From NCBI GenBank assembly GCA_965602015.1, contig OZ271918.1, forward strand, positions 1,088,001 to 1,152,000: DNA of 64,000 nucleotides, in the 5' to 3' direction. Both the position numbers and the translations under genes were made by a program. Shown here in pieces: positions 20,168 to 29,407 of the stretch. Origin of the DNA: Salinispira sp. (GTDB lineage: Bacteria > Spirochaetota > Spirochaetia > DSM-27196 > Salinispiraceae). The notes beneath the pieces were generated by a model. The model was given only the letters and a program-made list of their open reading frames with translations. It was not told the DNA's origin and made no database searches. Position 1 is the stretch's first letter; every line of letters starts with the position of its first letter.

Positions 20168-21064
20168 CTATTCCCGAAAATTAAAATTCCGACGGACCCG
20201 ATTAATATAGAGAACTCCGATTACCGCAACCAGCAGGAATGTGACCACCGCATAGGTTGATCCCTGTCCGAATTGGGCGTACCTGAAGTATTCCGTATAG
20301 GCATAGGAACTGAGGGTGTCGGTTGCGGTCCCCGGTCCGCCACCGGTAAGCCCGTATACCACATCGAAGACTCTCAGGGCATCCTGGGTGCGGTACAGCA
20401 GGGCTACATACACCGTCGGCATGAGCACCGGTAAAGTTATTGAGAAAAATCGGCGCAGGGGTCCGGCTCCGTCCACCCTGGCGGATTCGATTATTTCCCG
20501 TGGCACAAGCGCAAGGCCGCCCATAAGAAAGAATGCGGCCACACTCGCCCCCTTCCAGGTATAGGCGAGGGCTACGCTCCCCATTGCCAGAAACTGATTG
20601 ACCAAAAACAGCGGGGGCTCGGAGGTGATGCCGCTGCGGACAAAGAGGTCGGCTATTGGCCCCACATCGGCATTAAGCATCCATCGCCACATGGAGGCCT
20701 GAATCACCTTTGGTATAGCCCACGGGACAATGATTATTGCCCGCAAAATCCCCCGAGCTCTCTTTGGCACAAAAAAGGTCGCCAGAGCCAGGCCCATTCC
20801 GAGGCTAAGGTCGAGGGCGACGACCGCAATCGTGAACCCGACGGTAAACATCAGGGTATACCAGAACTGTCCACTGCTCATTACCCGGCGGTAGTTATCC
20901 AGCCCCGCAAAGGGGCTGTTTACCCAGTCCGTCGTGAGATCGAGATCAAAAAACGAATATATCAGAGTTTGAATAATTGGATAGTAATTAAAGACCGCCA
21001 AAGCCGCCAGGGCGGGAAAAACAAGCAGTACTCCGAGGCGAGTTTCATTTCCTTTTTTTAGCAG
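20168..21064 (-). CDS. Carbohydrate ABC permease (MalF-like); start uncertain, possibly CTG at 21064
   Basis: FAGLDNY, PWAIP, ESARVDGAG, TGGGPG; SD AGGAG 6 nt before an in-frame CTG. Confidence 0.88.
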   Translation of the reverse strand: MLKKGNETRLGVLLVFPALAALAVFNYYPIIQTLIYSFFDLDLTTDWVNSPFAGLDNYRRVMSSGQFWYTLMFTVGFTIAVVALDLSLGMGLALATFFVPKRARGILRAIIIVPWAIPKVIQASMWRWMLNADVGPIADLFVRSGITSEPPLFLVNQFLAMGSVALAYTWKGASVAAFFLMGGLALVPREIIESARVDGAGPLRRFFSITLPVLMPTVYVALLYRTQDALRVFDVVYGLTGGGPGTATDTLSSYAYTEYFRYAQFGQGSTYAVVTFLLVAVIGVLYINRVRRNFNFRE

Positions 21065-21122
21065 AGTACGCTCCTGAAGAATCCCGCCACCGATAAACCG
21101 ACGGCGGCGGGAGGGTAATACC

Positions 21123-22400
21123 TTAATCCCGTAGGGCTTCTGCACGCTCGGCCATGCTGGCCAAAACCGCATCGATCGACCGGGTGCCGGTTACCGCGGC
21201 GTTGAGTTCTTCCTGAAGCATTCCCGATAGCTGGGCATAGCTTTCCGACGGGGGACGGTTCGTTGCTCTTTCCAGTAGCGGAATAAGCCGGTCCACATTC
21301 GGATTAAAAGCCTGAACCTCCGGGTCATCGTAGAGGCCGTTAAAATACTGCACCGGTCCCCAGGCAAGGGCGAAGCCTTTCTGAACCGCCTCGCTGGCAA
21401 TGACTTCCATTACCTGCAATGCCGCTTCGGTTTTCTCGCTAAAGGGATTCACCGCAAAGGCGAATCCGCCGGTTATGGAGACTTCTTCACCGTCGCTCTG
21501 GGCGGGAAAGCGCATGAGGTTCCAGTTGCCGGCGATTTGTGACTGCTGTGGATCATCGAGCCAAATAACAAGGTCGTTATTGTCCCAGAGAAAAATACCG
21601 TTGCCCCCGGCGAACCGCTGGCGGGCTTCGGTTCGCTGCCAGTTCTGAACCACCTGCGGAGAAACGCCGCTGTCTATGGATTGCCGCATAAACTCAAGGG
21701 CTTCACGGCTTGCCTGTGAGTCAAATGCATAACTTCCGTCTTCATTGAGGTAGCCGCCGCCGAAGGCGTGGAGAAGGGTGGAATAGTACATCACCAGGTC
21801 TTCGTCCCTGGCGCCGGGCCAGAGGAAACCGCTTATCTCCGGATCATCGGCCTGGACAGCCTCGATTATCGCCACCATTTCATCAATGGATTCCGGCGGC
21901 GCAAACCCGTACTCTTCGAGGATGTCGGTCCGGTAGTACAATCCGGTAACCGAACCCCAGAAGGGTACGCCGAGACGGCTGCCTTCATATGAAAATGTGT
22001 CCAGACCTGAAGAGCTGAAACTGCCTTCGAGTTCGGGCAGAGCGTCGTTCAGGGGGAGCGCCCAGCCGGCGCGTCCGAACTGGGTCACCCAGGGTTCATC
22101 GATTCCGTAAATATCGACGGTGGTGTCCCGGGAGGTCATCCAGATAATAAGAGTGTCCAGGAGATCCTGAGCCATGGTCTCGTACTCGAGTACGATATCC
22201 GGATACTGTATGGCCAGTTCGGCCCGGATAGCGTCGATGGGCGCCGGGGCATCGGTAAACGAATTGGACAGAAACGCGTTGTAGCCCAGGGTCACCGTTA
22301 CCGGTCCCTCTGGCGCAGGCTCTTCGCCGCCGCCGCCCGCGAAGGCCAGCGACGAGATCAACAGCAGCGCCGCCGCTGCCATAAAAGGTGTTTTCCACAT
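21123..22400 (-). CDS. Sugar ABC substrate-binding protein (trehalose/maltose-like family 1)
   Basis: Signal peptide ending AFAGGG, GLYYRTDILE, GGFAFAVN; ATG at 22400 with SD AAGGAGG. Confidence 0.88.
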   Translation of the reverse strand: MWKTPFMAAAALLLISSLAFAGGGGEEPAPEGPVTVTLGYNAFLSNSFTDAPAPIDAIRAELAIQYPDIVLEYETMAQDLLDTLIIWMTSRDTTVDIYGIDEPWVTQFGRAGWALPLNDALPELEGSFSSSGLDTFSYEGSRLGVPFWGSVTGLYYRTDILEEYGFAPPESIDEMVAIIEAVQADDPEISGFLWPGARDEDLVMYYSTLLHAFGGGYLNEDGSYAFDSQASREALEFMRQSIDSGVSPQVVQNWQRTEARQRFAGGNGIFLWDNNDLVIWLDDPQQSQIAGNWNLMRFPAQSDGEEVSITGGFAFAVNPFSEKTEAALQVMEVIASEAVQKGFALAWGPVQYFNGLYDDPEVQAFNPNVDRLIPLLERATNRPPSESYAQLSGMLQEELNAAVTGTRSIDAVLASMAERAEALRD

Positions 22401-22538
22401 ATGTTCCTCCTTGTGCTTCACCTCGGGCGATGGGGGCGTCCTTCGCCCGACCGTCGCCAATAAACAATGCTGCTCACATGCCGTCAATTCCGGACGTATC
22501 CTCACTCATGCAGGGCATCCGGACTCGGGCTGCAAAAC

Positions 22539-23345
22539 CTAGTGTGGCTTCCACCGGAACTCAAGCATGCGGTATTCCGCCATTCCCCGGTGCTGAAGAT
22601 TCAAAAGGGCGTTTCCGCCGATTATATTATCAAGATAACCGCCGCTGGCACCCAGGGTATTGAGAATGGCGCTTGCGGCGTTTCCCAGTCGGCGGACAAA
22701 ACCACGCCGGGCCATAAGGGGACTGAGATCGGCGTTCTGTTCCAGTACAAAACCTTCCCCGGCATAGGCGGCGACCAGCTCTGATACCTGTCTGACTCCC
22801 GGAACCCGCCAGTGCCGGTGAAAACGCTTCACCAGTGGATGATTGATATCCGTGCCCTCGGTGAGGAAATCATCAATGACTATTAATGTGCTTCCCTCCC
22901 GGCAGAGGCTTCGAAGGTTCGATGCCAGACGGCGGTGATCCGGATTGTGCTGCATGCTCTCAATTGCGTACATCACATCTACCGCCGGCTGGCGGCTAAA
23001 CCATGTGCTGTCCAGGTAATCAGCCAGTTCCAGGTTGACACCCATGCTGGCCGCGGCTTGCACCTGATATGGACTGATGGTTATGCCCACATATTCGGCG
23101 TCGAAATGTTTGGAAAGGTAGCGGATGCTTCCTCCGATTCCGCATCCGATATCGAGAATTCTTGAGGGCCGTGTGTCAATTAGTGCCTGGAGGATGAGGT
23201 CATTTGCATGGTGGAAGGCCCTCTCGAGGTCCCGGACTCCCGGCGGATATAAGCGGCGGTGAATGGCGCCTATTCTTTTGTCACGCTTCAGGTTGAGAAA
23301 CTTTTTGGTGTTTTTATCGTAATAATCGGCGATACCGGGGGCCAT
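22539..23345 (-). CDS. Class I SAM-dependent methyltransferase (sterol/tocopherol/CMAS-like)
   Basis: IADYYD, ILDIGCGIGG, GITISPYQV, AIESMQH. Confidence 0.85.
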   Translation of the reverse strand: MAPGIADYYDKNTKKFLNLKRDKRIGAIHRRLYPPGVRDLERAFHHANDLILQALIDTRPSRILDIGCGIGGSIRYLSKHFDAEYVGITISPYQVQAAASMGVNLELADYLDSTWFSRQPAVDVMYAIESMQHNPDHRRLASNLRSLCREGSTLIVIDDFLTEGTDINHPLVKRFHRHWRVPGVRQVSELVAAYAGEGFVLEQNADLSPLMARRGFVRRLGNAASAILNTLGASGGYLDNIIGGNALLNLQHRGMAEYRMLEFRWKPH

Positions 23346-23468
23346 CTTTCTCCTCACCAATAAATATACTAATGAAAACCTCACAAACGGAACAGGAAAA
23401 CGCGCGCATTACGGGCATATTGCGGCATTTGCTGGACTGATCCAGCCAACATCCCCTATATTGCAGCG

Positions 23469-25073
23469 ATGGATGAGTTTAATCCGGCAAAAAGCGTTTG
23501 GCTTCCCCGTCTCAGCATTCTTATACTCCTGCACGCTTCATGGGTTTCCTTTGGTCTGGTTCCCTCACAAGCAGATAACAGCTTTCTGATGTCCGCACAG
23601 TTCTGGCTGCTTCTTTTACCCGCTCTCTTATATCCGCCGGTAATGGCAACCTGGCTTGCTATTTTCAGGCGGAGGGGAAACGCGTCGCTGGTGCAATTCT
23701 TTCGCCGGCCCGCCAATTTCGTCAGCTATTCCCGGCCGTTTTTTATAATGACCGGTGTGGTTCTCGGAAGCCTGCTCATCGCGTGGCCCCAAGGCGGAAC
23801 GGGGATACGCGCTTTTGCCGGTAACAGGTTGCCGTGGAATATCATTTCAAGTCTCCTGGTAGCCCTGGGCTTTGCCGGGGATTTTCTCGATGGTTTTCTT
23901 GCACGGCGGGAAAACCCGGACTCCCTGCGCCGGCGGGGCACTCCGGAGGAGGCCCGGCAGGTAGGCCCATGGCTCGATGCCGAGAGCGACTCCCTGGCGG
24001 TGTATTTTACCGTTGCCGCCATGGTCGGTTTGTCGATCGCGCCGGGCTTCATGTTGCTGCCCGCCGTCGCCCGATATGCGTACGCCCTCCCGTCGGTTTT
24101 TATTCCACCCCGCCTGAGCTATCCCGTGTGGTTCAAATGGTATTCCAAGTCGGCGGCGGCCTCGCTGCAGACCCTCGTCGCCGCCTATTGGATCAGCGCT
24201 GTTTTCGGCCTCGACAGCGACGCCCCGGTATTCACGGGAATAGCCCTGGCAGTGTGCTCGGCAATTGCTCTGAGCTTTGCCATATCTCTCTGGTTTCGTG
24301 TTGTGACGGCGTTCCGTCTTCTGCAGACAAAGGGTTCGGGCATTCTCAGATCGTGGATTGTGTACTACATCGTGCCCTTTGTCCTTTTCCCCTTCCGCTT
24401 CCGCCGGATGACAAAACTCTACGCTTCGTTCATCAGTCCCGGAGACCTCGTGTATGACGTCGGGTCCCATCTGGGCAATCGCATTGCAGTTTTCCTTCAT
24501 TTGGGAGCGAGAGTCCGGGCCTTCGAACCTCAGCAAGCATGCATTGCCCCGCTTAACGAATGGTACGGCGCTGAGAAGCAGGTAACCCTGCGCTTTGCCG
24601 GACTCGGCGAAAAAAAAGGAGCTGTGCCGATTTATCGCTCCGTTGCGCATCCCACTCTGACGAGCCTCGACCCGGACTGGGTGTCCAGACGAGGTGAGGA
24701 AGATGCATTCTCGAAAATACAGTGGGATCGGGGCAGTACGGTGGAAATGAGCACCTTAGACGATGAAATCCGCGAAAGCGGGATGCCGGCGTTTACCAAA
24801 ATTGATGTTGAGGGATTCGAAACCAGGGTCCTTCGGGGAAACAGCCATGCTCTGCCGGCATTGAGCTTCGAGTTTCTCCCGTCGGATGTAGACGCCGTCT
24901 TGCAATGCATTGACGAGGTTTGCAGGCTCGGTAATTACCAGTTCAATTACTCTCCTGGAGAAAGCATGAAGTTCGAGTGGCAAACATGGATTGACGCCGA
25001 TGCCTTAAAAACATTCCTGTCCGAGTACCCCCTTGGCAGTCGAAGCGGAGATGTGTATGCCCGACGTCGATAA
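23469..25073 (+). CDS. Fusion of CDP-alcohol phosphotransferase (membrane) and FkbM-family methyltransferase
   Basis: DFLDGFLAR...GPWLDAESD (CDP-AP motif); C-terminal YDVGSHLG, AFEP, KIDVEGFE (FkbM). Confidence 0.8.
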   Translation: MDEFNPAKSVWLPRLSILILLHASWVSFGLVPSQADNSFLMSAQFWLLLLPALLYPPVMATWLAIFRRRGNASLVQFFRRPANFVSYSRPFFIMTGVVLGSLLIAWPQGGTGIRAFAGNRLPWNIISSLLVALGFAGDFLDGFLARRENPDSLRRRGTPEEARQVGPWLDAESDSLAVYFTVAAMVGLSIAPGFMLLPAVARYAYALPSVFIPPRLSYPVWFKWYSKSAAASLQTLVAAYWISAVFGLDSDAPVFTGIALAVCSAIALSFAISLWFRVVTAFRLLQTKGSGILRSWIVYYIVPFVLFPFRFRRMTKLYASFISPGDLVYDVGSHLGNRIAVFLHLGARVRAFEPQQACIAPLNEWYGAEKQVTLRFAGLGEKKGAVPIYRSVAHPTLTSLDPDWVSRRGEEDAFSKIQWDRGSTVEMSTLDDEIRESGMPAFTKIDVEGFETRVLRGNSHALPALSFEFLPSDVDAVLQCIDEVCRLGNYQFNYSPGESMKFEWQTWIDADALKTFLSEYPLGSRSGDVYARRR

Positions 25074-26709
25074 ACGTAAGCAGTTTCTGTTGGCCGTGCT
25101 GGTAACCCATTTGCTGTTTTCCGCCTATTACCTGCTTCGGATAGAGGCGGATCGCTGGTATAGCTGGTTTCTGCCTTCATTCGAGGTAGCCCTTGCGGCT
25201 CTGCTCATCATTTCCGGGGAGAAAAAGGGCAAAGCATTCTCCCTGCGGATGTGGAGCGCCTCTCTGTTGTACGGTTTGCTGATATACCGGCTTGCCGGAC
25301 AGCTCTTCTTTCGCTTTTTCTACCTGCAAAATTTTTCAATTGTAAACGATTCGGCTCTCATGGTGGGTTTTGCCGGTATGCTGATGGGCGAGGCCGCCCT
25401 GCCGGGGGTTATTCTGGGAATTATTGTATGGGCTGCCATCGGCTTCGTCCTTCTGCTATTGGGAAAATTGACTGCCTCGCTGGTCGCCGGACTACGAGCG
25501 AGCTCGAAGGAAAAGCTCGGACCCCTTCCCATTGCAATCATTCTCCTTTCGGCCCTCGGGATAAACCTGCTCGTACCAGCGGCGGGTCCCGGGGGCAGCA
25601 TAATCGCCGATCTGCAGGCACAGAGAGAACTCAGACGAATGATGGCCGGCCCTTCGTCCCGGGACCCCATCCTCCAGGGCGGGGCCGCAGCGGACGAAAG
25701 TGCGGATCAGGCTGAGGATTTTGCTTTTCCTATAATCGGCGACGAGGACGTACATTTTTTCGTAATCGAGTCTTACGGCATGACGCTCTTCATGCGGGAA
25801 GAGTATATACAGGCCATGAGGGCCACCTACGGCGAACTGGAGCCCCGGCTTCGCGCACGGGGATGGGATATTTACACCGGAATGGTCCGCTCGCCGGCAT
25901 TCGGCGGCCGCAGTTGGCTTGCGGACTCCAGTCTGCTGACCGGCACCTTCCAGGCGAATCAGGCGATTTTCGAAGCGGAAATCTCCGACGGTTTACCCGC
26001 CGACATGCTCACCTTTATGGGCTCGGCGGGGTACCACCGAATCTATGCCGCCCCGGGCACCAACGGGGCCACAGACGAATGGAAAATCGCCTATCCCTTC
26101 GAGGAATACTTTGAGCGGTACAGCTTCGGTTACCGTGGCCCCTTTTTGAACCTTGGGGCCATGAGCGATCAGTATTTCCTGGACAGGGTAGGCCGCTATC
26201 ATTTGGAGGATGAGCGCCGGGAATTCGCCATGTACGTCATGGTCAGTTCCCATGTACCATTCACCATCATCCCGCAATACAAGCCCGACTGGGATTTTTC
26301 CCGTTTCGGGAGGGAATATGAGGATGGGTTCCTACGCTATTTTGACAACAACTGGTTGAGCGGCAACGAACTGGCGGAGGGATATTTGACGGGAATTGAT
26401 TATTCCCTGAGGACAATTGAAGGCTACATCGAGACCCACCTGAACGACCGGGGATTTGTGTTAATCATCGGCGATCACCAGCCCAGAAAGCCGGTCAGCG
26501 TTCCAACAGCCGGCTATGCGGTGCCCTTTCATATTCTGGTACGGCGGGGAACAACTCTGCAATTTCCCCCGGATTGGCTCATCAGCAGGGAAATGACACC
26601 GCCGCCGCTGCCTCCCGATGAATCGGTTCTGGGAACCATAGCGGACATCCCGCATCTGGTACAGGAGCTTCTATCGACTCCCCTCGAGGCGGGGTATTTC
26701 ACACGGTAA
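25057..26709 (+). CDS. Membrane-anchored alkaline-phosphatase/sulfatase-superfamily protein (LtaS/phosphoglycerol-transferase-like)
   Basis: About five N-terminal TM helices, then VIESYG, GGRSW..., SSHVPF, IGDHQP metal-binding motifs. Confidence 0.75.
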   Translation: MPDVDKRKQFLLAVLVTHLLFSAYYLLRIEADRWYSWFLPSFEVALAALLIISGEKKGKAFSLRMWSASLLYGLLIYRLAGQLFFRFFYLQNFSIVNDSALMVGFAGMLMGEAALPGVILGIIVWAAIGFVLLLLGKLTASLVAGLRASSKEKLGPLPIAIILLSALGINLLVPAAGPGGSIIADLQAQRELRRMMAGPSSRDPILQGGAAADESADQAEDFAFPIIGDEDVHFFVIESYGMTLFMREEYIQAMRATYGELEPRLRARGWDIYTGMVRSPAFGGRSWLADSSLLTGTFQANQAIFEAEISDGLPADMLTFMGSAGYHRIYAAPGTNGATDEWKIAYPFEEYFERYSFGYRGPFLNLGAMSDQYFLDRVGRYHLEDERREFAMYVMVSSHVPFTIIPQYKPDWDFSRFGREYEDGFLRYFDNNWLSGNELAEGYLTGIDYSLRTIEGYIETHLNDRGFVLIIGDHQPRKPVSVPTAGYAVPFHILVRRGTTLQFPPDWLISREMTPPPLPPDESVLGTIADIPHLVQELLSTPLEAGYFTR

Positions 26710-26788
26710 TAGCGGGGATCTGATAAATAAATGCCCCGCAATCGCGGGAGCTTACTATAATATACCCATGGATTTTTCGGAGGACTTG

Positions 26789-28339
26789 ATGGCATCAACA
26801 GGAAAGCGGGTAGCGGTAATCGGAGCGGGCTTCGGGGGAATTTCGGCGGCGGCGTATCTTGCGAAGGCGGGCTATGAAGTCACAGTCTATGAAAAAAACT
26901 CCTGGGTCGGCGGACGGGCAAGGGTTCTAAAGCGCGACGGCTTCCAAATGGACATGGGTCCCAGCTGGTACTGGATGCCGGAGGAGCATGACCGATGGTT
27001 TACCGATATGGGGGCGCGCCGGGAGGATTACTACGCTATTCACCGGGTGGACCCCAGTTACAAGGTGTACTACGGTCAGAGTCTGGAAGGTGAACAGCGC
27101 AATCAGGTTACGGTCCCCGCGGATTTCGAAGAGGCCAAACAGGTATTCGAAAGCTACGAAGCCGGTGCGGGTAGAAAGCTTGAACTCTTCGTCAATCAGG
27201 CGAAGAGAAAATACGAGTTTGCCATGTCCGGTTTCATTTACCGCAACTTCAGGTCCCTGGTCGATATGGTCAACGGCACGCTGGTGAAGAACCTTCTGCG
27301 GCTCAATCTTTTTACCAGCTACCGCCGCCTTATCAGACGCTATTTCAAACATCCTTATCTTCAGAAAATTCTCGAATTTCCCGTAGTCTTCCTCGGCAGC
27401 TATGCCGCAAAGACCCCGGCGGTGTACACCCTGATGAACTACATAGATTTCGGGCTGGGAACTTGGTATCCCGAAGGGGGGTTTGGACGGGTTGTACGGT
27501 CAATGCAGCAGGTTGCCGAAGGCCTGGGGGTGAAGTTTGTATTCGACACCGAAGTTACGGATATCCGGGGAGAAGACGGCCTTGCACAGAGCTTGTCGGT
27601 ATACAGCGGAGATACGGAGGATGAAGTTCAGGCAGACATCATCGTGGCGAATGCCGACTATGTTCATGTGGAGAATGCCCTTCTTCAACAGCAGGACCGA
27701 AGCATGCCCCTTGAGAAATGGAAAAACCGCACATTCGCCCCGGCGGTACTGAATTTTTACGTAGGATTTAACCGGAAGCTTCCGGAATTTGAGCATCACA
27801 CTTTTTTCTTCGATACCGACTGGAACGATCACTTTGATGCGGTATACGGAAACCGTCGCTGGCCGAAGGATCCGCTGTTCTATCTCCATATACCCTCAAA
27901 AACCGATCCGAATTGCGCTCCCGAAGGCCAGGAGGCCATGTTTATTCTGGTCCCCAGCGCCATCGGATTGGAAGACGGGGATGAAATTCGGGAACGGTAC
28001 TTCGACAGGGTTATTGAACGAATGGAGCAGCTCACGGGGCAAAATTATCGCGATGCCATCGTTTTCCGGGAATCCATGTCGATTCGGGAATTCAAGCACG
28101 ATTACAATGCCCATGAAGGCACGGCCTTCGGATTGGGGCAAACCCTATTTCAAACGGCATACTTCCGGCCAATGAACCGGAGCAAGAAGCTCGCTAATCT
28201 GTACTATTCCGGTCATTACACCGTGCCGGGCACCGGTACGACCATGAGCATGATCAGCGGTAAAATCGCCGCCATGCGAATCGCCGAAGAATGGCCCCAA
28301 GGGGATGCTCAGGCAAAAATTGCCGAGGGTTGGGGCTGA
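26789..28339 (+). CDS. crtI: Phytoene desaturase-family FAD oxidoreductase
   Basis: VIGAGFGG..AA, GGRA, DMGPSWY, WYPEGG, NADY, GTAFGL...FQTAYFRP, NLYYSG..TVPG.G; alternative start at 26768. Confidence 0.85.
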   Translation: MASTGKRVAVIGAGFGGISAAAYLAKAGYEVTVYEKNSWVGGRARVLKRDGFQMDMGPSWYWMPEEHDRWFTDMGARREDYYAIHRVDPSYKVYYGQSLEGEQRNQVTVPADFEEAKQVFESYEAGAGRKLELFVNQAKRKYEFAMSGFIYRNFRSLVDMVNGTLVKNLLRLNLFTSYRRLIRRYFKHPYLQKILEFPVVFLGSYAAKTPAVYTLMNYIDFGLGTWYPEGGFGRVVRSMQQVAEGLGVKFVFDTEVTDIRGEDGLAQSLSVYSGDTEDEVQADIIVANADYVHVENALLQQQDRSMPLEKWKNRTFAPAVLNFYVGFNRKLPEFEHHTFFFDTDWNDHFDAVYGNRRWPKDPLFYLHIPSKTDPNCAPEGQEAMFILVPSAIGLEDGDEIRERYFDRVIERMEQLTGQNYRDAIVFRESMSIREFKHDYNAHEGTAFGLGQTLFQTAYFRPMNRSKKLANLYYSGHYTVPGTGTTMSMISGKIAAMRIAEEWPQGDAQAKIAEGWG

Positions 28340-28373
28340 TACTCATAGTGAATCTACTGGCCGGGGTATCTCA

Positions 28374-29294
28374 ATGAGCAATCAGGGCAAGTCCGACGGC
28401 TTCCTTGTTATTCTCATGGTCCTCTCCATGAGTTTTTGGGGAGGGTCCTGGGTATCTGCGAAGCTGATTTCCACATCGCTTCCGCCTGAGTTGGCGGCCT
28501 TCTGGCGGTTTTTCTTTCACGCCCTGGCTTTCGGGCTGTGGATGCTCTTTGGCCGGAAGTCCTTCTCCATTGGCCTTCGGCAGCTCATAATGCTTATCGC
28601 GGCGGCGGTTTTGCTGTCCGCGTACAACTTCCTGTTTTTTTACGGCCTTATCATCGGCTTCGCGGGAAAGTCCGGAGTCATCGTCACCAGCTTGAACCCG
28701 ATTTTCTCCTTCGTCATTTCCAGCCTGGTATTCTCGACGGCGATTAGCTCCCGCCAGATCGTCGGATTACTGCTGGGACTGGCGGGGGGCGTCTTTCTCA
28801 TGGAACCTGCAAGCCTGCTGTCCGGCGGCTTCGATGTGAGCGCACTGTTGTTCGTAGCCGCCGCCCTGCTGTGGGCCGGACTGACTAACCTCAGCCGCCA
28901 CATACGAAAAAGCCTTGATATGCTGCCGTTTTCTTTTTACCTGTTTTTTCTGACGACGGTATTCCTGGGCTTATGGTCGCTGATGACCGGAAATTTTATT
29001 GTGCCGTTTAGCGCCGATCCCCGCTCAGACGGGTATGGTCTGCTGTTTTGGCTCAATGTGCTGTACCTATCCCTGCCCGCCGGAGTTTTCGCAAATAGCA
29101 TGTACTTTCATGCGGTGCATCGGCTCGGAGCTCATCGGGGGGCCAGTTTTACCTTCATCGTCCCCACCAGCGCCATGGTCTTTAGCCTGCTCTTTCTCGG
29201 GGAAGTGCCCAGGCTTTCAACCATCCTCGGCGGGGCGCTGGCGCTAACAGCTGTCTACATCATCAACAGCCAAAGACATCCTGAGAAAGAGTGA
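28374..29294 (+). CDS. DMT/EamA-family transporter
   Basis: FWGGSWVSAK, about ten TM helices in two EamA repeats, FLGE. Confidence 0.88.
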   Translation: MSNQGKSDGFLVILMVLSMSFWGGSWVSAKLISTSLPPELAAFWRFFFHALAFGLWMLFGRKSFSIGLRQLIMLIAAAVLLSAYNFLFFYGLIIGFAGKSGVIVTSLNPIFSFVISSLVFSTAISSRQIVGLLLGLAGGVFLMEPASLLSGGFDVSALLFVAAALLWAGLTNLSRHIRKSLDMLPFSFYLFFLTTVFLGLWSLMTGNFIVPFSADPRSDGYGLLFWLNVLYLSLPAGVFANSMYFHAVHRLGAHRGASFTFIVPTSAMVFSLLFLGEVPRLSTILGGALALTAVYIINSQRHPEKE

Positions 29295-29407
29295 GAACAG
29301 GCGGGGGCTCACCGAGCTTTTGAGATGGCGATTCCCGCAACGTGTATTGCAGGAACTACAGGACCATGGTAGTAAGCAGGGATCCCCAGTCCAATAATTG
29401 TGCAGTT

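Noticed and set aside
19316..22400. Sugar ABC importer lacking an ATPase gene as a possible defective locus
   Set aside because: CUT1 importers commonly share a MalK/MsmX ATPase encoded elsewhere.
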